Of a DNA stretch of 64,000 bases, positions 37,606 through 49,131 are shown in pieces (position 1 is the first letter of the stretch; every line of letters begins with the position of its first letter). Source of the DNA: Candidatus Omnitrophota bacterium (lineage in GTDB: Bacteria > Omnitrophota > Gorgyraeia > Zapsychrales > Zapsychraceae). Both the position numbers and the translations under genes were made by a program. The stretch is taken from the NCBI GenBank assembly GCA_021108075.1, contig JAIORP010000171.1, forward strand, positions 4,041-68,040. Direction: 5' to 3'. Below the pieces are notes generated by a model. It searched no databases, had not been told where the DNA came from, and worked only from the letters and a program-made list of their open reading frames with translations.

Positions 37606-38145
37606 CTACTTCGTTACAGATTTACCTTGTTTTCTCCTGACATACTCCCCGACGTAACGAATGCCCTTTCCTTTGTATGGCTCTACAGGTTTTAATGCGC
37701 GAATTTTTGCGGCTACCTGGCCGACTAAACCCTTGTCAAACCCTTCAATAATGATAGATGTTTGGCTTGGCACCGTTACCTTGATTTCTTTGGGAAGATT
37801 GAATTCAACCGGATGACTTAGCCCTAAATTGAAGTGAATTTTATCACCTTTCAACTCAGCACGAAATCCGACACCCTGAATTTCTAAATCTTTTTTATGT
37901 CCTCTGGTCACACCGACCAACATGTTCGCTAATAACGCCCTAATTGTTCCATGATTCGCACGTTGCTGCTTAATATCTTTTGTGCGGGTAACAATCAACT
38001 GATTATCATTTTGCTCGACTTTGATACCAAAAGGTATGGCTAAATCCATCTTTCCTTTTGGACCTTCAATGTGAACATTATCCGTAGCAACATTCACTTT
38101 TGCATCTTTGGGAACATCAATTGGAGCTTTTCCTATTCTTGACAT
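37606..38145 (-). CDS. rplF: 50S ribosomal protein L6
   Basis: Family-typical. Confidence 0.95.
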   Translation of the reverse strand: MSRIGKAPIDVPKDAKVNVATDNVHIEGPKGKMDLAIPFGIKVEQNDNQLIVTRTKDIKQQRANHGTIRALLANMLVGVTRGHKKDLEIQGVGFRAELKGDKIHFNLGLSHPVEFNLPKEIKVTVPSQTSIIIEGFDKGLVGQVAAKIRALKPVEPYKGKGIRYVGEYVRRKQGKSVTK

Positions 38146-38151
38146 ATTTAC

Positions 38152-38547
38152 CTACCAAATGTAACACATGACTTCTCCGCCCAAGTTGTTTTTGCGCGCG
38201 TCTCGATCCGACATGATCCCTTTAGAGGTCGAAATGATTGCTGTGCCTAAACCACTTAAAACACGAGGAAGTTCTTCTTTTTTCGAATAAACTCTTAAAC
38301 CTGGTTTTGAAATACGTTTGATCCCGATAATTCCCGGTTTCTTATTTTCATATTTCAAATAAATCTTGAACTTTCCCTGAACATCGTTTTTCATCAATCG
38401 AAAATCTTCGATGTAACCGTCTTCCTTGAAAATATCCAGGATCTTACTGCAAACGTTTGACGCAGGAGCATCGACAGTCTCTTTGCTGACTCGGACACCA
38501 TTGCGTATAATAGTTAACAAATTACTAATCGGGTCATTTAATGACAT
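38152..38547 (-). CDS. rpsH: 30S ribosomal protein S8
   Basis: Family-typical. Confidence 0.95.
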   Translation of the reverse strand: MSLNDPISNLLTIIRNGVRVSKETVDAPASNVCSKILDIFKEDGYIEDFRLMKNDVQGKFKIYLKYENKKPGIIGIKRISKPGLRVYSKKEELPRVLSGLGTAIISTSKGIMSDRDARKNNLGGEVMCYIW

Positions 38548-38581
38548 ATTTTTCTCCTCAAGAAACTCAAAACAAAGGTCA

Positions 38582-38767
38582 TTACCAACTTGCCTTTTTT
38601 ACCCCGGGTATTTCACCCCTCCAGGCTAGCTCTCTAAAACAAATACGACACATTCCAAAACGACGTAAATATCCTTTTGGTCTTCCACAAATACGACAAC
38701 GGTTATGTTGTCTCGTCGAAAACTTTGGTTTTCGAAATGCTTTGATTACCAATCCTTTTTTTGCCAT
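38582..38767 (-). CDS. rpsZ: 30S ribosomal protein S14, type Z (Zn-ribbon, 61 aa)
   Basis: MAKKGLVIK...[23 protein letters not shown]. The track ORF (to 38854) is an upstream read-through into the rplE end; the true ATG is at 38767. Confidence 0.9.
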   Translation of the reverse strand: MAKKGLVIKAFRKPKFSTRQHNRCRICGRPKGYLRRFGMCRICFRELAWRGEIPGVKKASW

Positions 38768-38777
38768 AACTCTCTCT

Positions 38778-39323
38778 CTATCTCTTACTGAAAGGAATAC
38801 CCAAAGCCAGCAAAACAGCTTGCGTATATTCTTTTGGACCTTTATTAAACACAAAGGTGATATCCATCCCCTGTGAATATGTTATTCGACCTGGATCAAT
38901 TTCCGGAAAGATAGATTGATCTGTGATGCCGATGGAATAGTTCCCCTGCCGGTCAAAAGACTTGTTTGAAACTCCATTGAAGTCCTTAATTCGAGGAAGG
39001 GAAACATTCACGAGCCGGTCTAGAAACTCATACATTTTTGTTCTTCGCAATGTCACCTTGCAACCAATCGGCATACCCTTGCGTAATTTAAAATTCGAGA
39101 CAGCTATTTTTGCGCGGGTGACAACAGGCTTTTGGCCTGTTATTGTTGTCATGTCCTTTACCGCACTCTCTAACAGCTTCATGTCTTGAATCGCCTTGCC
39201 TAGTCCCATGTTAACAACAATCTTTTCAAGATGAGGAACCTCGAAATCATTCTTTAAAGAAAACTGATCTTTGACGTTAAGAAGTATTTCTTCACTATAT
39301 TTTTGCTGTAACCTCGGTATCAC
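38778..39323 (-). CDS. rplE: 50S ribosomal protein L5
   Basis: Family-typical. Confidence 0.95.
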   Translation of the reverse strand: MIPRLQQKYSEEILLNVKDQFSLKNDFEVPHLEKIVVNMGLGKAIQDMKLLESAVKDMTTITGQKPVVTRAKIAVSNFKLRKGMPIGCKVTLRRTKMYEFLDRLVNVSLPRIKDFNGVSNKSFDRQGNYSIGITDQSIFPEIDPGRITYSQGMDITFVFNKGPKEYTQAVLLALGIPFSKR

Positions 39324-39324
39324 T

Positions 39325-39636
39325 TTATATTACCTCTCCGCTTTTTTTGCTAATACGTACTTTTTTATTGTTTTTCCCCATCGAGACACTGAAACGAGTG
39401 GGTTTATTGGTTTTCTTATCAATCAACATAATGTTGGATACATGAATAGGGGCTTCTATGTCCACAAATCCTCCTGATGGGTCTTTCTGTGATTTCCGAC
39501 GAGTTTTTTTAACAATATTGATATTCTCAACAATAGCTCGCTGTACGCTGGGAAACACTTTGAGGATTTTACCTGATTTACCCTTATCTTTTCCAGCAAT
39601 AATATAAACCTGGTCATTCTTTTTAATTTTTAACAT
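39325..39636 (-). CDS. rplX: 50S ribosomal protein L24
   Basis: KOW motif. Confidence 0.95.
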   Translation of the reverse strand: MLKIKKNDQVYIIAGKDKGKSGKILKVFPSVQRAIVENINIVKKTRRKSQKDPSGGFVDIEAPIHVSNIMLIDKKTNKPTRFSVSMGKNNKKVRISKKSGEVI

Positions 39637-39637
39637 C

Positions 39638-40006
39638 CTAAACCACCTCTGGGGCTAATGAAATAATTTTCATATAATCCAAACCTCTTAATTCTCTAGC
39701 GACAGGGCCAAAAACACGCGTGCCTTTTGGGTTACCGGCGTCGTCAATAATCACGATCGCATTACTATCAAAACGAACATATGTTCCATCAGAACGGCGA
39801 ATCGGAGATTTTGTCCTGACAACAACACCTTTTGCCAAATCACCTTTTTTGATAGCTGAATCTGGAGAACATTCTTTGATATTCACGCGAACAATGTCAC
39901 CAATCCGTGCGCATCGTCTGCCCTTACAATATAGGACACCAATCATTGATGCTTTTCGACCACCAGAGTTGTCCGCTACATTTAAAATGCTTTTCATGTA
40001 AATCAT
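39638..40006 (-). CDS. rplN: 50S ribosomal protein L14
   Basis: Family-typical. Confidence 0.95.
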   Translation of the reverse strand: MIYMKSILNVADNSGGRKASMIGVLYCKGRRCARIGDIVRVNIKECSPDSAIKKGDLAKGVVVRTKSPIRRSDGTYVRFDSNAIVIIDDAGNPKGTRVFGPVARELRGLDYMKIISLAPEVV

Positions 40007-40017
40007 AACCAGGCCTC

Positions 40018-40284
40018 TTAACTTTTTTCAACTATTTCAGTAATTATCCAACGTTTATCTTTCGACAAGGGTCGTGTCTCCTGAATGCGCACGACATCAC
40101 CTGTCTTAGAATCATTTTTTTCGTCATGGGCTTTGTACTTAGACGCCGTACGAACAACCTTAAGATATTTATTGTGTTTCATCGCCCACCGAACCTGGAT
40201 AACACGAGTTTTATCCATCTTATCGCTTACGACAGTACCTTGAAGTGTTTTCCTTCTATTGGTCCTAGTTTCCTTTTCGCTCAT
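40018..40284 (-). CDS. rpsQ: 30S ribosomal protein S17
   Basis: Family-typical. Overlaps rpmC by 20 nt. Confidence 0.9.
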   Translation of the reverse strand: MSEKETRTNRRKTLQGTVVSDKMDKTRVIQVRWAMKHNKYLKVVRTASKYKAHDEKNDSKTGDVVRIQETRPLSKDKRWIITEIVEKS

Positions 40285-40474
40285 CAGCTAATTCTCTTTC
40301 TTTTATAATAGTCAAAATTCGCGCAATATCTCTTTTAATTTTACGAAAGCGCGCAGGTCTTTCTACCGCACCCATTTTACGGAAATAATTCATTTCAAAA
40401 AGATCTTTCTTATATACTTTTTCTTTTTGAATGAGCTCTTCTGTTGATAATTCTGTCAATTCTTTAGATTTCAT
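40265..40474 (-). CDS. rpmC: 50S ribosomal protein L29
   Basis: Family-typical. Confidence 0.9.
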   Translation of the reverse strand: MKSKELTELSTEELIQKEKVYKKDLFEMNYFRKMGAVERPARFRKIKRDIARILTIIKERELADERKGN

Positions 40475-40485
40475 TTCAATCCTCT

Positions 40486-40902
40486 TTACTGGTCCATTCT
40501 TGAAACAAATTTTGTTTTAACGGGCAATTTAAATGATACCAATCGAAAAATCCCCCGAGCGTAATCTTCTGGAACACCACTTATTTCAAAAAGGACTTTT
40601 CCCCGATGAACCTCAGCAACCCAATGATCTAAATCTCCCTTACCTTTACCCATTCGTGTTTCAGCCGGTTTTTTGGAAACAGGTTTGTGTGGAAAAATAT
40701 TTATCCAGAGTTTGCCCGTCCCCTTGAGCTTTCTGGAAACAACCAAACGGCAGGCTTCGATGTGATTTGATCGTATCAGGCCATTTTCTAAGGTTTTAAT
40801 CCCGTATTCACCGAAATGGATTTTGTTTCCAACTGTAGCCAATCCACGCATTTTGCGTTTTTGGGATTTTCTATATTTCACTTTTCTAGGCATTAAAACC
40901 AT
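40486..40902 (-). CDS. rplP: 50S ribosomal protein L16
   Basis: MPRKVKYRK... The start may be 3 codons downstream of the track start. Confidence 0.95.
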   Translation of the reverse strand: MVLMPRKVKYRKSQKRKMRGLATVGNKIHFGEYGIKTLENGLIRSNHIEACRLVVSRKLKGTGKLWINIFPHKPVSKKPAETRMGKGKGDLDHWVAEVHRGKVLFEISGVPEDYARGIFRLVSFKLPVKTKFVSRMDQ

Positions 40903-40922
40903 TTAAATCGACTCCTTAAAAT

Positions 40923-41615
40923 CTATGCTTTATGTTTGGATTTCTTTTTGTCCGCTTTCGCAAGAATTTCTTTTTGTCTTCTCTTTTCAGGATAAACTTC
41001 ACCACGGTTAACCCAAACCTTAACACCCAATATGCCGTATGTTGTCAAGGCTTCGGCGAAACCATAATCAATTTGCGCCCGAAAAGTATGTAGCGGCAGT
41101 TTACCTTGTTGATATGTTTCTTTTCGGGCCATTTCAACACCATTCAAACGTCCAGCGCATCTAATCTTAATCCCTTTGATTCCAGCGTTCATGGCATTAT
41201 CAATCGCTCTTTTCATCGCGCGTCTAAAAGCAATTCTCTTTTCTAACTGAAACGACACATTCTGGGCGATTAATTGAGCATCAATAGATGGATTTTTTAC
41301 TTCGCGTGGATCAATGGAAATTTCTCGAGGAGTAATCTTGCTTAATTCATTTCTTAAACGGTCAATGTCAGCGCCTCTTCGACCAATAATAACACCTGGG
41401 CGGGCCGTATGAATAATAACTTTGACCTTATCAGCCAAACGTTCGATTTCAACTTTTGCCACGGCAGCCGAAACATACCTCTTTTTAATGAAATTTCTGA
41501 TTTTATAGTCTTCAATTAAGTGTTCACGATAATCTTTTTTATCGGCATACCAAAGACTGCGCCAAGTATCAATGTAACCAATTCGTAAAATAATAGGACA
41601 TACTTTCTGACCCAC
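40923..41615 (-). CDS. rpsC: 30S ribosomal protein S3
   Basis: KH domain plus C-terminal domain. Confidence 0.95.
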   Translation of the reverse strand: MGQKVCPIILRIGYIDTWRSLWYADKKDYREHLIEDYKIRNFIKKRYVSAAVAKVEIERLADKVKVIIHTARPGVIIGRRGADIDRLRNELSKITPREISIDPREVKNPSIDAQLIAQNVSFQLEKRIAFRRAMKRAIDNAMNAGIKGIKIRCAGRLNGVEMARKETYQQGKLPLHTFRAQIDYGFAEALTTYGILGVKVWVNRGEVYPEKRRQKEILAKADKKKSKHKA

Positions 41616-41626
41616 GTGCTTCCCCC

Positions 41627-41962
41627 TTAATTTGTTTTCAAATCAAGTTCAATTATTATATGTGTAGTTTTCTTTAAAATTCTAGTCGCACGCCCAAAAG
41701 GAGCCGCACGAAATCGCTTCCAAGTCGGACCTTGATCAGCTATTATTCTTGAAACAAACAACTGATCTTCATTTAAACCTTTTTGCTTAGCATTATCGAC
41801 GGCAGAATTCAAAGTCTTGATAATAAATTTCGTTGATCCTTTATTGGTCTGAGCGAGAATGGCCTGCGAAGAAAGGACATCCTTTCCTCTGATTAAATCA
41901 ATAACCCGTCTTACCTTTGTTGGTGAAACGCGTAAATATTTTGCTTTTGCCTTTGCAATCAT
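41627..41962 (-). CDS. rplV: 50S ribosomal protein L22
   Basis: The track start (41998) is TTG and adds 12 non-homologous residues. The ATG at 41962 gives the canonical MIAKAKAKYLRVSPTKVR N-terminus. Confidence 0.9.
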   Translation of the reverse strand: MIAKAKAKYLRVSPTKVRRVIDLIRGKDVLSSQAILAQTNKGSTKFIIKTLNSAVDNAKQKGLNEDQLFVSRIIADQGPTWKRFRAAPFGRATRILKKTTHIIIELDLKTN

Positions 41963-42009
41963 TTGTCTTAATACCCTTTTCTTATAACAGAAATACAATA
42001 ACTAAAAAA

Positions 42010-42297
42010 TTAAGTTTTCGTTGCTGCTTTCTTAGCCTTAACACCACCATGTTTTTTAAATATGCGTGATGGAGCGAATTCACCAAATTTATATCCAACC
42101 ATGTTTTCCGTGATAAAAACAGGCACGTGCTTCTTACCATTATGGATCGCCACTGTAAAACCAACAAAATTGGGAGTGATCGTTGATCGCCGGGACCATG
42201 TTTTAATCGGTTGTTTTTGTCCGGAGTCAACCATTCTCTTAAACTGTCTTAATAAAGATTCTTCGACATAAGGACCTTTTTTAATTGATCTTGGCAT
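42010..42297 (-). CDS. rpsS: 30S ribosomal protein S19
   Basis: Family-typical. Confidence 0.95.
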   Translation of the reverse strand: MPRSIKKGPYVEESLLRQFKRMVDSGQKQPIKTWSRRSTITPNFVGFTVAIHNGKKHVPVFITENMVGYKFGEFAPSRIFKKHGGVKAKKAATKT

Positions 42298-42298
42298 A

Positions 42299-43138
42299 TT
42301 ACTTTGACCCTCGTTTTCTTACAATATATTTATCAGAATATTTACGTTTTTTTCGAGTTTTATAACCCTTGGTTGGTTTTCCCCACGGTGTTACCGGGTG
42401 AGGATTACCTTGTGGGGCTTTACCTTCACCACCACCATGAGGGTGATCGACAGGATTCATAACAACCCCGCGCACATTCCCGCGTCTTCCAAGCCAGCGC
42501 ATGCGACCGGCCTTACCTATGGAGCGGCTTTCATGCTCGACATTACTCATTTGACCGATTGTCGCCCGGCAATTAATGTTTAGTTTGCGGACTTCACTGG
42601 ATGGCATGCGCACAAAAGCATACTCCCCTTCTTTAGCAATCATTTGGGCTGACGTACCCGCGGAACGAGCGATTTGTCCGCCTTTCCCTGGTTTCATTTC
42701 AATGTTATGCACGGCTGTCCCAAGCGGAATGCGCTTTAACGGCAAGCAGTTTCCCGCTTTAAAATCAATATTTTGATCAAGCGTGCTAATAATGCTGTCA
42801 CCAACCTTCAATTCAAGCGGAGCTAAAATGTACGCTTTCGTGGCGTCTTCATATTGAATCAACGCAATCCGAGCTGAACGGTTAGGATCATACTCAATGG
42901 CTAAAACTTCCGCTTTCTCGTCAAATCGATTACGTTTGAAATCAATAATGCGATACATCCGTTTATGCCCACCGCCCCGATAACGAGCGGTAATTCGGCC
43001 ATTATTATTCCGTCCACCTTTTTTCTTAATCGGCTTAAGGAGGGATTTCTCCGGTTTAGATTTTGTGATCTCAGAAAAATCGGATAAAACGGTATGTCTT
43101 AAACTACTTGTTGTTGGTTTAAATCTTTTAATGCCCAT
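42299..43138 (-). CDS. rplB: 50S ribosomal protein L2
   Basis: Family-typical. Confidence 0.95.
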   Translation of the reverse strand: MGIKRFKPTTSSLRHTVLSDFSEITKSKPEKSLLKPIKKKGGRNNNGRITARYRGGGHKRMYRIIDFKRNRFDEKAEVLAIEYDPNRSARIALIQYEDATKAYILAPLELKVGDSIISTLDQNIDFKAGNCLPLKRIPLGTAVHNIEMKPGKGGQIARSAGTSAQMIAKEGEYAFVRMPSSEVRKLNINCRATIGQMSNVEHESRSIGKAGRMRWLGRRGNVRGVVMNPVDHPHGGGEGKAPQGNPHPVTPWGKPTKGYKTRKKRKYSDKYIVRKRGSK

Positions 43139-43161
43139 AAGAATGCCAATCTTGTTAATGA

Positions 43162-43440
43162 TTAAGTAACTTCTATTTTATAACCTTCTTTTAACGTAAT
43201 GACCGCCTTTTTCCAAGCAGAAGTCCTTCCTGCTTCATAGCGAACCCGTTTTTCTTTTCCCTTAATATTCATGGTATTAACGGACGCGACTTTAACTTTA
43301 TATATTTCTTCAATCGCATGCTTAATTTCAATCTTATTTGCTGATTTAGCGACCTGAAAAAGGTATTGCCGATCAGCTTCAAGCATGGTGCCTTTTTCCG
43401 TACGGATCAAATTTTTCACGATATCATAGCAAGTAATCAC
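43162..43440 (-). CDS. rplW: 50S ribosomal protein L23
   Basis: Family-typical. Confidence 0.95.
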   Translation of the reverse strand: MITCYDIVKNLIRTEKGTMLEADRQYLFQVAKSANKIEIKHAIEEIYKVKVASVNTMNIKGKEKRVRYEAGRTSAWKKAVITLKEGYKIEVT

Positions 43441-44135
43441 TCTAATTTCTCCCCTTCAGATCTATCATCTTTTAATGTTTCCTCTTGAACCTTAGCTGAA
43501 GACACATTAATCTTATTAATTCTTTCGATCAATTTGTTTAGACCTGTCCTGGTCGTTAAAATGTTTTTATGCCGTAAAATATCATACGCATTGATATCTT
43601 GTGCCCGCATAAGTTGAAAATACGGAATATTTCTTGTTACCTTGACAATACTTTCATCACTGCCGTCCAGAATGGCTATTGTCTTGCCCTTAATACCTAA
43701 GTCCTTTATGACCTGCACGAACTCCTTGGTCTTGTTCATCGGTTCAGATAAATCCTCAACACAAATTAAATTGTTACTGACATACTTAGATTTTAAGCTT
43801 TCCCTTAATGCAATTTTTTTGATCTTTTTGGGCAAAGTGTAATCAAAATCCCTCGGATGCGGACCAAAGACAGTACCCCCGCCAGTCCATAATGGATTTC
43901 GTGACGAACCCACGCGTGCACGACCGGTTCCTTTTTGACGATACGGTTTCGCGCCCCCGCCTGAAACAAATGCTCTTTCTTTTGTGGAAGCATTACCTTG
44001 CCGTAAACAAGCCTGATACATAACAACGGCTTGGTGAAGGACAGCAGTGTTGATATTATCATTCAAGATATCATCCGAGACATTTAATTTTTCAGCTTCT
44101 TGGCCTTGCTTATTCAATACAGTTACTTCCGCCAA
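43437..44135 (-). CDS. rplD: 50S ribosomal protein L4
   Basis: Family-typical. Confidence 0.95.
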   Translation of the reverse strand: MAEVTVLNKQGQEAEKLNVSDDILNDNINTAVLHQAVVMYQACLRQGNASTKERAFVSGGGAKPYRQKGTGRARVGSSRNPLWTGGGTVFGPHPRDFDYTLPKKIKKIALRESLKSKYVSNNLICVEDLSEPMNKTKEFVQVIKDLGIKGKTIAILDGSDESIVKVTRNIPYFQLMRAQDINAYDILRHKNILTTRTGLNKLIERINKINVSSAKVQEETLKDDRSEGEKLE

Positions 44136-44137
44136 AA

Positions 44138-44857
44138 TTACTTTCCTTTCTTTTTCTTACCCGCTTTAGCTTTACTTTGCTTCATCGGGTTAATCTTCCG
44201 GACAACAACTTCTTGGACTTCATCCAATGATCTAAAAGCTTTCTTCTTAGAACGCTTGATGGTCAAAAAAGCGTTCTTATGACCAGGCACGCCACCCTTG
44301 ACGAGAATAAAATTATTCTCGATATCAACATCCATAACACGCAGACCCTGTATTGTCGCCCTTTTATTTCCCATTTGACCTGGCATATTAAAGCCTCTGA
44401 AGGTGCGTGATGGGTCCGCACTGGCACCAATAGATCCAACGCGTCGATGGTGCATCGAACCATGCCCCCCCGGGCCACCGCTCCAATGCCATCTCTTCAT
44501 GCCACCTTGAAAACCTTTTCCAATTGATGTGCCTGTAATATCAATAAAATCTCCGGCCTTAAAAAAATCAGCTCTGATTTCTTGACCCACTTCATATTTT
44601 TCTTCATCAGAGGCTTCGATTTCTCTGATGTATCTCATCGGAGCGACACCGATTTTCTTAAAATAACCGAGCACAGGTTTCGTCGAACGGTGTTCTTTTA
44701 TCGGCGAAAAACCCAACTTCACTTTTCGTTTTGGCTCTTCAATAAGTTCAAGAACCTGACAGGGCCCAACCTGAACGATGGTGACCGGAACAAGCTCACC
44801 TTCTTTACTGAAAATTTGTGTCATTCCTAATTTTTTACCTAATAATCCTCTTAACAT
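44138..44857 (-). CDS. rplC: 50S ribosomal protein L3
   Basis: Family-typical. Confidence 0.95.
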   Translation of the reverse strand: MLRGLLGKKLGMTQIFSKEGELVPVTIVQVGPCQVLELIEEPKRKVKLGFSPIKEHRSTKPVLGYFKKIGVAPMRYIREIEASDEEKYEVGQEIRADFFKAGDFIDITGTSIGKGFQGGMKRWHWSGGPGGHGSMHHRRVGSIGASADPSRTFRGFNMPGQMGNKRATIQGLRVMDVDIENNFILVKGGVPGHKNAFLTIKRSKKKAFRSLDEVQEVVVRKINPMKQSKAKAGKKKKGK

Positions 44858-44891
44858 TTTTCTCTCGTATGATTTATCGCATTGATCAAAA

Positions 44892-45194
44892 TTATTGTTT
44901 AATTTCTACGTCAACCCCTGCCGGTAAATTCAACTTACGAAGAGCTTCAACTGTCTTCGCTGTCGGATCTATCAGATCAATCAATCTTTTGTGGGTTGCT
45001 AAGCTAAACTGCTCGCGAGACTTCTTATCAATCACTGGAGATCTAAGAACAGTGTAAAGCTCTTTCTTTGTCGGCAAGGGAACAGGACCGGAAATTCTTG
45101 CCCCCGTTCGAATAGCGGTATCGACGATTTCCTGCGCTGATTGATCAATAAGTCGGTGATCAAATGCTTTTAATTTAATTCTTATTTTTTGCAT
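44892..45194 (-). CDS. rpsJ: 30S ribosomal protein S10
   Basis: Family-typical, 100 aa. Confidence 0.95.
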   Translation of the reverse strand: MQKIRIKLKAFDHRLIDQSAQEIVDTAIRTGARISGPVPLPTKKELYTVLRSPVIDKKSREQFSLATHKRLIDLIDPTAKTVEALRKLNLPAGVDVEIKQ

Positions 45195-45288
45195 AACTAC
45201 TTACTTATCCTTTTATTAATTTTAGGAGAAGAAAGTATAACATCCTTCTCTTTAAATTACCACTTTTTTTTACAACAAAAATAAATAA

Positions 45289-46482
45289 TTATTTTATGAC
45301 TTCGTGAATAACACCAGCACCTACGGTACGTCCACCTTCACGTATAGCAAAACGCAATTCTTTTTCCATCGCGATTGGAGCTATAAGTTCGACATCCATC
45401 TCAACATTATCACCGGGCATGCACATTTCAGTGCCTTCAGGTAATTTAGCTGTACCCGTTATGTCCGTTGTGCGAAAATAAAATTGCGGCCGATACCCTG
45501 TAAAAAACGGCGTGTGTCTTCCACCTTCGTCTTTTGTCAGGATGTACGCTTTTGCCTTAAAATGAGTGTGCGGCGTAATGGAACCGGGCTTGGCTAAAAC
45601 CTGGCCTCTTTCAATCGCGTTCTTGTCGACACCACGCAATAGTAATCCAACATTATCACCGGCTTGACCTTGTTCCAACTCTTTACGGAACATTTCAACA
45701 CCCGTCACAACCGTCTTCGTGATTTCTTTACTGATGCCGACGATCTCAGCGTCTTCACCAACCTTGACGACACCACGTTCGATACGCCCTGTCGCGACCG
45801 TGCCACGACCAGAAATCGAAAAAACGTCTTCAATCGCCAGCAAGAAAGGCTTGTCTAATTCACGAACTGGCTCTGGTATATATTCGTCAACCGCCGCCAT
45901 CAAATCTATGATGGATTTTGTTTTCTCAGCATCCTCGATATTATTTATAGCTTCGAGGGCGCTACCTCTGATGATAGGTATATTATCACCGTCGTAATCA
46001 TATTTTGACAGAAGCTCTCTCAATTCAAGCTCGACGAGATCCAACAATTCTTCGTCTTCAACTTGATCACATTTATTCATATAAACAACCATAGAAGGAA
46101 CATTAACCTGACGCGCTAAAAGAATGTGCTCTTTGGTTTGAGGCATAGCACCGTCAGCAGCTGAAACAACAAGGATAGCTCCATCCATTTGTGCCGCACC
46201 CGTGATCATGTTCTTGATGTAGTCAGCGTGTCCGGGACAATCAATGTGGGCATAATGTCGCTTTGATGTTTCATACTCAAGGTGGGCGATGTTAATTGTA
46301 ACGCCTCTTTCTTTTTCTTCAGGAGCGTTATCAATCGAATCATAAGAACGTACTTGCGCTAAACCTTCTTTAGCTAATTTCATTGTAATCGCTGCACTTA
46401 GTGTTGTTTTCCCATGGTCAACATGTCCGATCGTCCCGATGTTTAAGTGTGGCTTATTACGTACAAATTTTTCTTTAGCCAT
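45289..46482 (-). CDS. tuf: Elongation factor Tu
   Basis: [28 protein letters not shown]; GGGAGG Shine-Dalgarno 6 nt upstream of the ATG at 46482. The track's 43-aa upstream extension is spurious. Confidence 0.97.
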   Translation of the reverse strand: MAKEKFVRNKPHLNIGTIGHVDHGKTTLSAAITMKLAKEGLAQVRSYDSIDNAPEEKERGVTINIAHLEYETSKRHYAHIDCPGHADYIKNMITGAAQMDGAILVVSAADGAMPQTKEHILLARQVNVPSMVVYMNKCDQVEDEELLDLVELELRELLSKYDYDGDNIPIIRGSALEAINNIEDAEKTKSIIDLMAAVDEYIPEPVRELDKPFLLAIEDVFSISGRGTVATGRIERGVVKVGEDAEIVGISKEITKTVVTGVEMFRKELEQGQAGDNVGLLLRGVDKNAIERGQVLAKPGSITPHTHFKAKAYILTKDEGGRHTPFFTGYRPQFYFRTTDITGTAKLPEGTEMCMPGDNVEMDVELIAPIAMEKELRFAIREGGRTVGAGVIHEVIK

Positions 46483-46540
46483 GAAATGCCTCCCTTTTTT
46501 TTTAATAAATATCTTTATGACTATTAATATTCCGACTACT

Positions 46541-48637
46541 TTATTTCTTACTGAGACTCGCATCTCTGGCGCCGATAATTTTATCAGCGACGAACTGAGG
46601 AACCTCAGCATAAAAGGCGGGTTCCATTGAGAAGGATGCCCGGCCTTGAGTTAAGGAACGTAATGCATTAGCATAATTAAACATTTCTGCTAACGGCACT
46701 TCGCAACGCGCGGTTTTCAAATTTGCACGCGTCCCCAAATTCACAATTCTTGCACGACGAGTATTCAAATCACCCAAGACAGCGCCCATAAAACCTTCCG
46801 GGCAGACAAGCTCGATATCCATAACCGGCTCAAGGAATATTGACTTACCCTTTAATAACGCTTCTTTCAGCGCGACTTTTGCTGCCATTTGAAACGCCAA
46901 CTCGCTGGAGTCAACGTCATGATATGTCCCGTCGACAAGTGTGACTTGAAAATCTGTCACGGGATAGCCGGCCAAGACACCGTTTAATGCCCCGCTCTTA
47001 AGACCTTTTTCAACCGCTGGAATATACTCGCGCGGAATAGAGCCGCCTTTAATTTTGTTAATAAAAACAAACCCGGATCCCGCTTCATCTGTTGGTTTAA
47101 CATCAACGACGACATGACCGTATTGCCCACGACCACCTGTTTGCGAAACAAATTTACCAACGACACCTTTCAAACTTTTCTTGATCGTTTCCTTATAAGC
47201 GACTTGCGGCCGGCCGATATTTGTTTCTAAACCAAACTCCCTTTTCATCCGGTCAATGATGATTTCTAAATGCAGCTCACCCATCCCTGATATAATTGTT
47301 TGGGCCGTGTCATGATTATATATAACGCGTAAAGAAGGATCTTCGTCGAGAAATTTTCTCAATGTCAATCCTAATTTATCTTGATCCGCCTTGCTCTTCG
47401 GCTCAATCGCCATCGAGACAACCGGCTCAGGTATTTTCATGTTCTCTAAAATAATTTTATTGTTTGGATCACAAATCGTATTTCCTGACTTCGTGTTTTT
47501 TAATCCGATCAACGCAACGATATCACCCGCTTCGGTTGCAGGGGCGATTTCCTGTTTATTAGAATGCATGACAACAATCTTAGCGATCCGCTCCTTTACT
47601 CTTTCAGAAGAGTTGTAAACCTGGGATCCAGATTCAACCTTACCGGAATAGATGCGCGTATAAAAAAGCTTGCCGACATAGGGATCAGTCGCGACTTTAA
47701 ACACCAGACCGCTGAAAGGGCTCTTGACATTTGTTTCTCTTATGAGCTCCTCCTCCGGGTTGGCTGGATTAATGCCCGTCACAGAAGGAACATCTACAGG
47801 AGAAGGAAGGTAATCAACGATCGCGTCGAGAAGTAACTGTATACCTCTATTTCTTAATGCGGTTCCACACAAGACCGGCATAAACTCACTTTTAACAACG
47901 GCACGGCGGATAGCTTGCCGGATATCATCTGGCGTGATATCTTTTTCTTCTAAAAACATCTCCATAATAGTGTCATCCGCATCAGCTAACCGCTCTAAAA
48001 GCACGTGTTTGCATTCCTCTAATTTCTCTTTATATTGATCAGGCACGTCTAAGACCTCAATCTGTTCACCTTTTTCGTCTTTATAGAGATAGTATTTCTC
48101 GTCGATAATATCAATAATTCCGCAAAAAGCATCTTCCGTTGCGTCCGGGAACTGAATGGCCGCAGCGTTGACGCCTAAGCGGTCATGCATTTCACCTAAT
48201 ACACGGTCAAAATTTGCGCCGAGACGATCCAGCTTATTGATAAAGGCGATCCGGGGAACTTTATATCGGTCAGCTTGACGCCAAACAGTTTCAGTCTGAG
48301 ACTGCACACCGCTCGTCGCGCAAAGGACAACAACCGCGCCATCTAAAACCTTTAATGAACGCTCAACTTCAATCGTAAAATCAACGTGACCTGGCGTGTC
48401 GATAATATTGATCTTCTTACTTTTCCAAAAGCAAGCGGTACTCGCTGACGTTATTGTAATGCCGCGTTCCTGCTCTTGCGCCATCCAGTCCATGGTCGCG
48501 TTACCTTCATCAACCGTACCCATTTTATGGATAACACCGGCATAAAAAAGAATGCGCTCTGTTGTGGTGGTCTTTCCTGCGTCAATGTGCGCAATAATCC
48601 CAATATTTCTTAAATTTTTTAAATCAATCTTTTCCAT
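46541..48637 (-). CDS. fusA: Elongation factor G
   Basis: [24 protein letters not shown]; ATG at 48637 with a GAGGTG Shine-Dalgarno. Confidence 0.97.
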   Translation of the reverse strand: MEKIDLKNLRNIGIIAHIDAGKTTTTERILFYAGVIHKMGTVDEGNATMDWMAQEQERGITITSASTACFWKSKKINIIDTPGHVDFTIEVERSLKVLDGAVVVLCATSGVQSQTETVWRQADRYKVPRIAFINKLDRLGANFDRVLGEMHDRLGVNAAAIQFPDATEDAFCGIIDIIDEKYYLYKDEKGEQIEVLDVPDQYKEKLEECKHVLLERLADADDTIMEMFLEEKDITPDDIRQAIRRAVVKSEFMPVLCGTALRNRGIQLLLDAIVDYLPSPVDVPSVTGINPANPEEELIRETNVKSPFSGLVFKVATDPYVGKLFYTRIYSGKVESGSQVYNSSERVKERIAKIVVMHSNKQEIAPATEAGDIVALIGLKNTKSGNTICDPNNKIILENMKIPEPVVSMAIEPKSKADQDKLGLTLRKFLDEDPSLRVIYNHDTAQTIISGMGELHLEIIIDRMKREFGLETNIGRPQVAYKETIKKSLKGVVGKFVSQTGGRGQYGHVVVDVKPTDEAGSGFVFINKIKGGSIPREYIPAVEKGLKSGALNGVLAGYPVTDFQVTLVDGTYHDVDSSELAFQMAAKVALKEALLKGKSIFLEPVMDIELVCPEGFMGAVLGDLNTRRARIVNLGTRANLKTARCEVPLAEMFNYANALRSLTQGRASFSMEPAFYAEVPQFVADKIIGARDASLSKK

Positions 48638-48642
48638 TAAAA

Positions 48643-49113
48643 CTACCACCTCAGGTGTGAAAATGCTTTATTCGACTCCGCCATCTTATGTGTGTCGTCT
48701 CGTTTCTTAACCGCGGCGCCTTCTCCTTTATAAGCAGCTAAAAACTCATCCGCCAACTTATTCTTCATCGGGCGGCCCTTTTTCTTGCGGGCAAAATCCC
48801 TAATCCATCGCATCGCCAAAGCATGTCCACGAGCCACCGGGACTTCGATTGGTACCTGGTAGGTTGCTCCACCGACACGTCTAGCCTTAACTTCTACACG
48901 TGGTCTGATATTCTCCAACGCTTTATTAAAAACTTTTAAAGCATTAGGTTCACCTGTTTTTTGTTCGAGAATTTCAAAGACATCATAAACGATATTTTCC
49001 GCAATTGTCTTTTTGCCATCATACATTAACGTGTTGATAAATTTCGCAACAAGACGGCTATTACATTTTGCATCTGGATTTGGTTCTCTTTTTTCTGCTC
49101 TTCGTCTTCTCAT
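48643..49113 (-). CDS. rpsG: 30S ribosomal protein S7
   Basis: Family-typical. Confidence 0.95.
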   Translation of the reverse strand: MRRRRAEKREPNPDAKCNSRLVAKFINTLMYDGKKTIAENIVYDVFEILEQKTGEPNALKVFNKALENIRPRVEVKARRVGGATYQVPIEVPVARGHALAMRWIRDFARKKKGRPMKNKLADEFLAAYKGEGAAVKKRDDTHKMAESNKAFSHLRW

Positions 49114-49131
49114 TTTTATTAACTATCCTTA

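Noticed and set aside
38582-38854. 90-aa form of S14 and the 12678 end of the LysM-M23 ORF
   Set aside because: Both are upstream frame read-through, into the rplE 3' end and through tRNA-Gly respectively. Internal ATGs give the canonical proteins.
45289-46611. 440-aa form of EF-Tu given by the ORF track
   Set aside because: The first 43 residues ([12 protein letters not shown]...) are upstream read-through. The true ATG (MAKEKF) at 46482 has a strong GGGAGG Shine-Dalgarno.
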